From Antechinus flavipes (Eukaryota): DNA of 64,000 nt. Below are positions 10,355 to 20,694 of the stretch, piece after piece. Each line of letters opens with the position of its first letter. Within the stretch, counting starts at the first letter, position 1. The notes below the pieces were generated by a model. That model was not told the origin of the DNA. It was given only the letters and a program-made list of their open reading frames with translations, and did not search any database. Location: NCBI RefSeq assembly GCF_016432865.1, contig NC_067403.1:261578001-261642000 (forward strand), in the 5' to 3' direction. The position numbers and the translations under genes were made by a program.

Positions 10355-13300
10355 CTACTCTTTCTCCAGCCCTCTGGATGAGGTCCCCGGGAGGCAGAGG
10401 CGGCACTGGAATCGGGTTTTCCAATCTTCGTCAGCGTGCTCCCTACTCACACACATGTGGTGGACCCAGCCCCGGCAGGACTCGCACTGCAGCTGGGAAG
10501 GGCAAAGTGGGATGGGGTCACGGGCGGCTCCGAGGGGAGGGGGCTTCTACCTGCCACCGAGTAATGGTTAATGCCCGGAGACCTCCAGTGGGGAGCGCTC
10601 AGCACCTTCCCGGGCTTCTGCTTGGGGGAGTTCCCATCCCCCACATTACGCCAGCCCCCATCTTCCCTCCTCGGTGCTGGAGAGCTTCCCCGGGCCCATC
10701 AGAGAATTCCAGCCTCCCGCTCCCCCCAAGCCCACTGGAATCGGGCCGGGGGAGAAGGCTCACCATGGTGAAGACGTCGCTGTTGCCGTCGTCCGTGAGC
10801 CGGTTGCAGTAGGAGCACGTGTCCTCCATGGTGACCGTCACCATGGGGCCCTTGTCCCCTTCCTGGGCGCTGTCCGGGGCCTCTGGGAGGCTGTCAAACG
10901 CGGACCAGATGTCGGTGTCCGAGTCCTCGGCGGAGGATTCCTCCAGGCTGTCCAGGTAGTCTTCGTCTTCGTCTTCCTCATCCTAGTGTGCAAAGGCAGC
11001 CGCGTCGGGAGCAACTTCAAATACCAAGGGGGAGCATTTCCCCACCCCCAGAAGGACGGGCCGGACTGGACTCGATTCCGCCACAAAATTCCATTTACAC
11101 CCCTTGGTTCTGCTGGGGGTTATTTGTTTGCTGAGGCAGTTGGGGCTAAGTGACTCGCCCGGGGTCACACAGGCAGGAAGTGAGACCAGAGAGGACTCGG
11201 CTCCTGACTTCGGGCTGGTGCTCCGTCCACTGCGCCACCAGCTGCCCGCCCGCCTTGGGTGTTAACAACCAATTCCCTGAGTTGCTTTCTTGTCCGGAGC
11301 CGCGGCAACATTCGGGCCTGGGCTCCGTGCGATAGAAAGAGCATCCCAAGGAATTGTGGCACCAGCCCCCGCTGCAAGGGGCCAGCAGGCTCCACACGGG
11401 GACTTTGCTGTGTTACATCAGGACAGCCTGCTGGGCCAAAGCCCGGGGCGGCCTCCAATACGGAGACCGGGGCCAAAGCCCTTACGGAGACCGGGGCCAA
11501 AGCCCCGGGCGGCCTCCAGTACGGAGACTGGGGCCAAAGCCCTTACGGAGACCAGGGCCAAAGCCCTTATGGAAACCAGGGCCAAAGCCCCGGGCGGCCT
11601 CCAAAATGGAGACAGGGGCCAAAGCCCTTAGGGAGACCGGGGCCAAAGCCCGGGGCGGCCTCCAGTACGGAGACCGGGACCAAAGCCCCAGGCAGCCTCC
11701 AAAATGGAGACCGGGGCCAAAACCCTTAGGGAGACCCCGGCCAAAGCCCTTATGGAGACCAGGGCCAAAGCCCTTACGGAGACCAAGACCAAAGCCCCGG
11801 GCAGCCTCCAAAATGGAGACTGGGGCCAAAACCCCGGGGGGCCTCCAGTACGGAGCCAGGATTGCTGCCCTTTCGGGCCCTTCAGTTTCCCCATCTATGA
11901 AGTGCTTCCTCCTAACAAGCCTTTTCCTAGAAGTCGGGGAGCACAGAGAAAGGGGTGAGGGGACCGTCCCTATATAATCGAGGGGGCGCAGGGAATCAGC
12001 CACGTGCCGGGGAAATAGCCTGGGACAGGGCAAAGGAAGAGCCAGAGGGCCAGAGCTCCCGAGCACCTCCACCTGCACCTCCACCTGCGCAGGAACTTGG
12101 ACGGCCGCCGGGGTAGAGGCTGCCCCACCCCCACTCCTGGTCGGCTCTCTATCCCCCCCCCTTCCCTTCCCAAACAGAGCTCGGCAGGCTTCCCTCAGCG
12201 AGGGGAGACCCCCGGGGGGGGGGGTCACTCACGTTGTACGAGTCCCGATTCTGCAGAAAGAGGATCTTCTGGAGCTGCAGGTCCCAGTCCACCTGGTTCA
12301 GATTCACCACCAGGGAGAGCAGGCTGCAAAGGGAGGGGGCAGCAGGGGAGCGTGTCCCAGGGTCACGGGAAGGGCGGGCGGGCAGCCAGGGAGAGCCCAG
12401 CCCCGCCATGGATCGGGCTCCGATCCAAACGCTTTTCAGACCGAATCCAAAGGCGAAAGAACTAGGCTGGAGTCTGGGCAACCTGATTTTGAATTGTGGC
12501 GCGTACCTCTGCCCTGGTGGGATTGGGGGAGACCCCTGAACTACCTGCCTCCACCGGAGCGCGAGAGAAACACCCCAGAAGCCTTGGGGCCCAACCAGGC
12601 TAGGAGAGCTCTCTGAAGGCCGGCCTTCCCATCCCCCAGTCCTAGCCCTGGAGACGGTGGGACCCGAACCTCCAGAGTCCGGCTCGCCCCAGTGGTGGGA
12701 CCTCGGAGAGAAGGCCGGGCTGGGCCCCTGCACGCCCCGACAGCCCCCGAGGTCACCAGGGCCCCGGGAGGAGCTGCAGGCCCGAAGCTGAGCCACCCCC
12801 AGGAAGGGGGGAGACCCTCCCCAGCCCCATCTTACCTGCGCACAAACGAGTTTGTCTTCTCCAGGAGCCCGTGCGCTTGGGGGTGATAGACGACAATCAG
12901 GTCGCACTTGACTTTTGTTTCCGCTCTCAAGATCTGATTGAGCTGAAAGAGCGGGTGGGAGGGAAGGAAAAGGGGGCTGCTGAGCCGGAAGCCTGGGAAT
13001 TAGAGATGGCGCAGGACCTCCGGGGGGCAAGGGGCCCCTGGGTGCTTATCTGCAGTGCTGGGCCTGGCTTATCGGTACCACTCCACAGGAGAGCGCGCAA
13101 GCTCCCCAAGTCCCAGAAACCATCCCCTAACACGAAGGTGGGGCCCGATGCCCAGCCAGCTCCGCCCCCCCCCCCACGCCCGGGATGCCCCCACACCTGC
13201 TGGACAAACCCGCCGCACTGGGTGCTGACGATCCTCTCCGGGAAGCCGAAGCGGTGCACCAGCTTGAGGATCTGCTCGGCCGTCTCCTCGGGGGAGCACG

Positions 13301-16300
13301 TCTTCATGGGGGCCACCTCCACCCAGCGGGTGTAGTGGTCCACCACCACGAAGATGAAACGCGCCCCCCGGGCCGTCTGCTTCATGGGCCCCACCAGCTG
13401 CAGGCCCACCAGGTGGAACAGGCCCCTGGCCTGGGGGCGAAGGGCGCGGTCAGGGCAGGAGCCGCAGCCGGCAGCGTGCCAGCCGGCGGGCACTGCCAGC
13501 ATGTTTGCCAGGCCCGATACGGGCTTGGAAGGGGCTCAGCAGGGGGAGGTACTTGGGAGCTGGGAGCCAGCAAGCCTGGGGTGCCAGACTCATAACCCAC
13601 CCTCCTAAGGGCTCAGTTTCCTCATCCGAACCCCCCAGCTGGTACTGTGGCAAGGCTGAAGGCACAGCCCGCGGCTCCGAACCCTGGCACTGACCAGCTG
13701 TGTGACCCCGGCGGTCTTCCCACGGGAGCCTCGAGAATTCCAGGGCCCCGGAGAAGCCTCTTCCCCAAGGACGTTGCCGCCAGCCCGGCTTCTGAGCTTC
13801 TCTGTGCCGTCCCCTCCTCCCCACCCTGGCACAGAAAAGGAGGGGCTCTTCCCTCCGATGCCCATCTAGGAGCAAATGCCCCTCCTCCCCACAGAGAACT
13901 GGGAGCTCACTGAAGGCAGGGGCGCCTCTGTCTGCTCCATCCCCTCTGAGCCCGGTGCAGGCCCACAGTAAATGGGGGCGAGTCCCACAAGTTCCCCTTC
14001 ACCCACTTATCTTAGAATGTGTTTGGGGGGACCCAAGGAGGACTTTGCCAGAGGGATGAGAACTCAGTCCTGGGGGGCAACTTGGCGGGGACCCCCTTCC
14101 TCACTGCCCCCGGTCTCTTTTAGGTGCAGCAGGTTCTTCGTACGCCCTGGCGCCCGACAAGGTACCTGGGCCGCAGGGAGCTCCCTTCGGGATTGGGGGG
14201 GCTCCTTCTTGGCCTTCAGCTCGGTCGTCGGCCCTTCTTTCTTAGGAGCGCGGGCCAGCTTGACTTTCTTGAAGGACTCAGTTTCCCCAATCTGTGAGGA
14301 CGAAGCACAAGGCTGGGGCTCCACCCAGGAGGGCATCTTGCCAAGGGGGAAAGAATGCCATTCTTGAGGAGGGGACCACGGAGGCGGCTGATTCCCTGCC
14401 TTTAGGGGGGCAAACACGGGCAGGAGCCCCCACCGCAGGCCCCCACTTACCTTATTAGCTCGGGTTTCCTTCTCTGCCAACTTGTCCTTCTGGCATTTCT
14501 TACACTCCTTGACCTGGAAGGGGGGGAGCGTCAGGCTTTCAGGCCGGGCCACCCCGACCTTCCCTGTCCCCCTCCTCTCTAGACCGAGCTTTGGCTGTTT
14601 TATTGAAGGGATTTGTGAAAACAATTCACCTTTTGAAAGGCGGCTGTGAAAAGTCTGGCCAGACCCACAACCAACATCCCTGGGTCAGGCAACAATATTC
14701 CTATTTTACAGCTGGAGAAACCGAGGCTCACAGAATGTGCCTTGCCAAGGGGACACCGCCAGCAAGTGAGAGTCAACCCCCAGCTCCCAGTCCAGGCGGC
14801 CCAGGTGTCAGGGACCCTGAGGGCACAGCCCCACCCCCCAACCCAGAGGCTCCGGGGCCCTAGGCAGAGTCTGCCCATCTGCGGGCTCTGCGAGGGGGCT
14901 GAGCTGCCTTAAAGGCGCGGAGAAAAGCTCCGAAGGGAAATCTCGGGAGCCTGAAGAGCAGCTGCCCGGTCAGCTGGGGGGGGGGGGGGGGGGGGGGGGG
15001 AGGGGAGGGTCAGCAGGGGCCGGGGGTCACTGTCCCGGCCAGAACCAACAGCAGCCCTCCAGTCCGGGGATTACCCAGCCCCCGGGGTCTCCAAGTGGGG
15101 TGGGCAGCTCAGAACTTTCCATAACGCGATTGTTGGCGCTTCTAACGTGTAAGAGCCAGAAACACCCGGGAGAAGCCAGAGGGGGCGGATTCCCATTAAT
15201 GTCGTCAGAGCGGACTGGGGGGCGGGGCCGGAGGAGGAGAAAACATCTTATATCTCCAGCCAATCAGCTGTGAGCCAAGGAACTCCTTAAATTCTCGAAA
15301 AAGGGGCTTAGGATCAAACTCCCCCAAACCCGCTGTGGTCCCGACTTAGGCGGAGGCTTTCCGGGGGAGGGCCGGCCAGCCTCGTTGCTACTCTGATGGC
15401 GAATCCCACCGATGGTAACCGGCCCCGGCTGTAAATCCCACCAATCCCAACCTTGGACCCCCGCCAGGGTAAAGCCGCGTCTCCCCCCTGAGTCCGCCTT
15501 GGAGGTTTGCGCAGTAAAGATGCTCCTCTGGCTCCTGGGCCAGTTACAGCTGCGGGAGGGAGGGAGGGCGGCCGCAGCCCGTCCGGGGCATGCTCCGCAG
15601 CCCTGCCCCCGCCCGCGGAGGCTTTTGGTAACATAACCAACTAAATCAGAGGTCTGGGGAAGGGGAGAGCAAGCAGCCGCCCCAAGACCAAAGGGGACTA
15701 CCCCGACCGTCGAGCTCCGGACCCTTTACAGCCCGACCTCGGGCTCCTGAAGGATCCGTTCACTCTCCTCCCCTTCGGGAACACTGAAGACGGGCGTCTA
15801 AACCACGGGAGCAACCCCGAACTGGGCGATTCCCGGAGGCGCCCGTCTGCACCCTTAACGTCTGCGCTACGCCTGAAAGGGCAGTTCTCTCCTCCCAAGG
15901 CAGACGGGCGGACAAGCGGGCAGGGGAAGGACAGGCGGACAAGCGGACGGGCGGAAGGACAGGAGGACAAATGGTCAGGAAGACAAGCCAACAGGCAGAG
16001 AAGGGGACAGGCGGGCAGGGGAAGGACAGGCGGGCAGGCCGACAGGCAGAGAAGGGCACAGGCGGGCAGGGGAAGGACAGGCGGGCAGGCCGACAGGCAG
16101 AGAAGGGAGCAGGCGGAAGGACAGGCGGACAGGCGGGCAGGGGAAGGACAGGCGGACAAGCGGGCGAAGGACAAGCGAGCAGGCCGACAGGCGGGCAGGC
16201 CGACAGGTAGAGAAGGCGGCGAAGGGCGGGCGGAAGGACAGGCGGACAGGCAAGTCGGCAGAAAGAAAGGCAAACCGCTGGGACAGGAGTTCCTTTCTTT

Positions 16301-19300
16301 CCCAGAGGCCGCCTGGCAAAGAGACAGCTCTGCCCGGGTCCTGCTGAGGGTCCCGGCATTTCTCCCTTTCACCATCCGCGCAAACTTCAGTCACTCAGCT
16401 TGAGACGAAGAGGACGGAATCGTGGGATTGGGAGAGACCCCCGCGAACTGCCGCTTCCCCTCCCCCCTCCCAGGCGCTGGCTGGGCTTCTGTGGGCCGCA
16501 GGACCTGCCCGCATTAGGGGCGCGACCCGACATTTGCAGCTGGAAGTGGGCGCGAGGCTTCGCTCAGCGAAGAGCCGAACAGGGCGCCCCTCCCACTTCT
16601 CCGGGCACAAAATTGGGGTAGAATTGTCAGCCTCGGGGCGGACTCTCCCACAGAGTGGGGGTGGGGGAGGGGAAGCCCCAAAGATTGGCTTTGGAAATGC
16701 TCCTTAGGGGAGGGGCGGAAAGAGAGAGAGAGGCGCGTTCCGGCTCCAGGTTATTCTAAAGCCACTTGGGGAGCCAGCGCGCTTTTAGGTCAATTTAAAT
16801 TTTAAATAGGAACCGCGGGCTCCTTTCCGGCCCAAAAGAAACAAAGGGAGGGTCCAGCCTCTCCCCCCCATCCCCCAAAGGAAGGAGTGACCGCTGGGAT
16901 TGCTTTCAAAGAAACCCGGCCCATTGGCCTCCACTTGAAAGCCCCCAAGGTCCCACTTTGCGCCCCGCTCCCCAGCAGCCGGCCCTTGTAAAAATGGGCC
17001 GCAAGGTTTGAATGGGCCGTGGACGGGCGATTCTAGCAGACTGTCTAACGGTGTGTCCGTGTATTTTAACATATTTAACATGTATCTGTCTACCTGCCCT
17101 CCGGGGGAGGGGCGGGGGGGAGGGGAAGGATGGGAAAAGCTGGAACAAAGTTTTGCTGAAAAGTTACCCTGCATGTTCATGTTTTGTAAATAAAAATCTT
17201 TGCAGAAAGGGGGGGGGGGGCAGCTAGTTGGTGTAGTGGGCAGAGCACTAGCTCTGAAGTCAGGAGGACTGAGTTCAAATCTCACCTTAAGCGCTACTTC
17301 CTGGCTGTGGGACCCTGGGCAAGTCACAACCCCGAATCCTCAGCAAAAATACTTTTTTAGAAGAGGCAATTCTTGCTTCGACTTGGCCGTTAGGGGCAGG
17401 GACGGGAGCGAATGTCCCTAAGGGTCTGGGTTCGGCGGCTGAGCCCCGAGCCAATGCTGGCCCTGGGCAGGCAGCGCCCTTTCGGGGCCCCCACTTTCAG
17501 AGTAGTCAGAAGGCTCCAGACGAAGGAGGGCGGGCGGGAAAGGCCGAGGCGGAGGGGCTCTCTGGCTTTTCCCGATCCAGGCTCCTTGTTGGGCATCAGC
17601 CTGGCGCCCCCTGCTCAGCAGCGGTTACATTGCCCCCCAAACCGGGATTCCAAAGGAAAGCCAATCTGGGAATCTCCCGGGGTGAGGGCCCCAAGTTCAG
17701 AAACCCTCCGGGGGGTGGGGGAGGGAATAAATGGCTCGGCAAAAGGAGCCCGGGATTTGGGCGGAGGCCAAGGCAGAGGCAGCTCCCCCAAGGAGGAAAT
17801 CTCGTTGGAGGCCCAGAGTCTGAAGAGACGTTGCCAGAGAGGAGGCCCCTGCGCCCCCCCCTCCCCCCACAAAGAACCGAGTTCCGCCTGTGGCCAAAAG
17901 CGAGCTCTCCTTACCCATTTCCGGGAGTCGTAAACCACCCCGGGCCAGTAGTAGGACTTGGTGACATTGCCCCCGGTCTTGCGGATGCCCAGGTGCCCCC
18001 GCTCGGAGATGTGGGCCTCCAGGAACGCCTGCCTCTTCTCCTCCAAAGTGAAAAGGATCTTCTGCTTCTTCCCTCGGCCCTTGTAGTAAAGGTGATTCCC
18101 TGGCGAAAGAGCCAAAGCCCCGAGCGGCCTCGTGAGACCCCGGAGCTTACCCCCCACCCCACCCCCCGGCGGTGACCTTGGCCCTCGACCTCTGCCCTCT
18201 GGGCCTCTGTTCCAGCAGCAGCCGGTTCCCAAGTCCACGGACACTCTCAGCCCTGGACTGGAGGAGGAGGAGGAGGACCCCGGGGTCCTGATTGCCCAGC
18301 AATGCCCCCCCCTCCCCAAAGACTGCACAGCAAAAAGCACTTACCAGCCCAGTCCTGCTGGGGGGGAGGGGGAGATAGGTGAGAGCAAAATACCCGGGGG
18401 GGGGGGGTCAGGAAGGAGCCGGGTTTGCCCCTTTGAGGCTTCCTTTGAAAGGAATCCCGGCTGTCACTCCTCCCCTCCCCTCCCGGAGGAGCCTGGGACC
18501 TGCCTCTGGGTCCTTTTTGCCAGACCTGAGCCCACGGTTCCCATTTACAAATTTAAAACCGGGCTGTGTGACCCTGGGCAAGTCCCTTACCCCGCCTGCC
18601 TCAGCCAAGAAACACAAAAGCCAGGGAAGCAGGTGGGGGCAGCTGGGAAGGGGGGGGGGTTCGGGAGAGGGCACAGAGGCTGGGATGGGGGGGGCCATCC
18701 TCCAGCGCCTCAGCTGGAGGGAGGGACGAGGATACAGCGGTTTAGTGGCCGATTATTGGCCGCCTTTTATTATGTCAATGGCCTCCCCAGTATTTCAATG
18801 GCTTCCTCCTGCCTTCCTCCCCCGCTCACTTTTCTCCCTCCCGCTGCCCCCCCTCCGGCCTTTGGACTTGCTGAGTCCTGGGGGGGGGGAGAATGGGGGG
18901 ATGTTACTCTCCCCCCCAACACACACACACAGAGCCCTACAAATTACCCCCCATCTCCTCCCCTCGGAATCGCCAGGACTCCCCCGCGGCCAGACGCGCC
19001 CCCCAGTATTTGCTCTTCTATCTGGATGCCCCTAAAGACGGGGCAGCAGGCGGAAGCGGCCCCTCTGCGCTCGGGCCGGGGCCTCCCTACCTGCCACCCC
19101 CAGCTGTGCTCCCCTCGGTCTGCAGGGCCTTGAAGCCCCTTCCCCCTGCGTCTCCTCGGACCCCTCCCCCAAGCTTCCCACAGTGCCCGGCACAGAGTGG
19201 GCTTCCCCCCCCAGGAGACCCACGGGAGCAAGCTCCGGGGGGCACCAGCCTTTGTTCGGCCCAGAACTGGAGAGCAGCCGAGGGGGGGAGCAGCCGGGCC

Positions 19301-19791
19301 AGGGCGCGATAAGGGCTGGGGTGCGGCCGGGCCGGGGGCACAGTAAGGGCCAGAGAGGGCAGGAGGACCCCTGGGCTTCTAGCCACCGACCTCCGGCCAC
19401 AGGTGAGGGGGGAGGGGTCTGCGCTGGGAGCTTTGACCTAGTCTAGGAGGAGGCAGCTTGGGTTCAGGAACTGGGGGGAGGGGAAAGGCCATCCAAGGTC
19501 AAGTTCTGGGGCCCAGTGAGGGCTGAGGAGCTCCCGGCAGGAGAGAGACACTGACCTTCCTGGAAGAAATTGGCCTTCTGCAGCAGCTGCCTCCTCAGAG
19601 CCTCCGGGGAAGAGCCGGCCTTCAGAAGCTGCAGAGCCGTGGCCTGGGGGGAAGGAAGCGGCCGTCGGGGAGGGGGGCTGGGGCCCGGGCCTGCGGCGCG
19701 CCCCCCCCTCCCCGCCGCACCTGGCTCACCGGCCGCCCCCCACCCCCCCCTGCCCCCTGCTCACCTGGCGCTCCCTCCGAAGGGACTCCAT
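10355..19791 (-). CDS. GIN/Ginger1-like integrase-PHD gene, copy A (about 425 aa, 10 coding exons)
   Basis: Exons with GT/AG sites and matching phase: 19791-19765 (MESLRRERQ); 19643-19556 (ATALQLLKAGSS...NFFQE/G); 18099-17915 (NHLYYKG...EAHISERGHLG...YYWPGVVYDSRKW); 14513-14451 (VKECKKC...); 14291-14166 (basic linker); 13430-13197 (ARGLFHLVGLQLVGP...VDHYTRWVE...RFGFPERIVSTQCGGFVQQ); 12942-12836 (LNQIL...YHPQAHGLLEKTNSFVR); 12323-12233 (...VDWDLQLQKILFLQNRDSYN); 10982-10764 (acidic linker, EDTCSYC...FTM); 10492-10355 (LQCESCRGWVHHMC...FQCRLC...*). No stops or frameshifts. Confidence 0.88.
11127..11250 (-). mobile_element. tRNA-derived SINE (WSINE1-like)
   Basis: The reverse complement reads gggcagctggtggcgcagtggacggagcaccagcccgaagtcaggagccgagtc...gtgtgaccccgggcgagtcacttagccccaactgcctcagcaaa, with A and B boxes. 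Confidence 0.85.
11433..11852. repeat. Composite minisatellite (37-bp and 24-bp units), intronic in copy A
   Basis: Interspersed ggccaaagcccggggcggcctccaatacggagaccg(g) and ggccaaagcccttacggagaccgg units. Confidence 0.92.
15895..16265. repeat. Purine-rich gacaggcgggcagg-type minisatellite in a copy A intron
   Basis: Repeated gacaggcgggcaggcc, ggggaaggacagg and cagagaaggg modules. Confidence 0.9.
17040..17195 (+). mobile_element. L1 3' terminal fragment
   Basis: acatatttaacatgtat...gggggagggg...ggaacaaagttttgc...aaataaaaa. Confidence 0.7.
17218..17350 (+). mobile_element. tRNA-derived SINE (WSINE1-like)
   Basis: gggcagctagttggtgtagtgggcagagcactagctctgaagtcaggaggactgagttcaaatc...cctcagcaaaaa. 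Confidence 0.85.
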
Positions 19792-19799
19792 CCTCCGCA

Positions 19800-20200
19800 G
19801 CCTGGGCCGAGAGGGGCAGCCGCGGGCCCGGGCGCTATTTAAAGCTCAGGGGCTGCCTCTTCACCCCCTCAGCCCCGCCCCCACTCCTTCCCCATCCCCC
19901 TCCCCACCATCCCCTTCCTGCTCCCGCCGGGCTGTGCAGACCTTGGCCAGAGGCTTCGGGTTTGGGCCGGGCAGCCCCAAGTGTCCCCCCAGAAGCCTCC
20001 TGGAGCCCGCTGGGGAACTCGGGCAGCGGGGGGAGGGGGCTCGGCGGGACTCCCCGGGGTCCTCCCCAGCTGGCCGGGCGCTGGCCCGCCTCTGGACTCT
20101 GCCGCCCGGAAGGGAGAGCGAGGCTTCGGGCAGCTCTGCCGCGCTCAAAAACCATTTACCGGGAAGCCGGGACTCGGCCCTGAGAGGGAGGCCGGGCTAT
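19800..20200 (-). promoter_or_regulatory. Putative promoter of copy A (TATA-like box, CpG-rich)
   Basis: TTTAAATA on - at 19843-19836, about 45 nt upstream of the ATG at 19791, within GC/CpG-rich sequence. Confidence 0.55.
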
Positions 20201-20269
20201 GGGAGGCTGCGCTAAGGGAGGCTGCACTAAGGGAGGCTGCACTAAGGGAGGCTGCGCTAAGGGAGGCTG
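20201..20269. repeat. 15-bp tandem repeat, about 4.6 copies
   Basis: Unit gggaggctgc(g/a)ctaa starts at 20201, 20216, 20231, 20246 and 20261. Confidence 0.92.
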
Positions 20270-20535
20270 GATTGTGATCTCAAGAAATAACTGGAGGTAC
20301 AGTTCCAGTTGATCCGTGATGAGCAGAAGCAGCAGCGAAAGAACACTGGGAAACGAGTGGGCCACACAGCATTTGCATCCTTCTGTCATTGTTTGCTACA
20401 TTTTCGTTTTCCTTCCCAGGTTATTTTTCCCTTATTTCTAAATCCGACCTTTTTTTGTGCAACAAGAACTGTATGGACACGTACACATACAGTGCATTTA
20501 ACATATACTTCAACATGTTTAACAAAAAAAATAGA
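20270..20535 (+). mobile_element. L1 3' UTR fragment
   Basis: gaaagaacactgggaaa...ttcccaggttattttt...ttgtgcaacaag...tttaacatatact; homologous to the other L1 3' ends in the window. Confidence 0.7.
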
Positions 20536-20566
20536 AATAACTCTGAGGAAAACAGGCTGGAGAACT

Positions 20567-20694
20567 NNNNNNNNNNNNNNNNNNNNNNNNNNNNNNNNNN
20601 NNNNNNNNNNNNNNNNNNNNNNNNNNNNNNNNNNNNNNNNNNNNNNNNNNNNNNNNNNNNNNNNNNNNNNNNNNNNNNNNNNNNNNNNNNNNNN
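20567..20694. other. Assembly gap (128 N)
   Basis: Run of N. Confidence 1.

Noticed and set aside
11259-12228. Long ORFs in several frames over the 11.4-kb minisatellite, and likewise over the 15.9-, 25.9- and 40.0-kb repeats
   Set aside because: These are stop-poor GC repeats inside introns of the integrase-PHD genes, with no splice or Kozak support.
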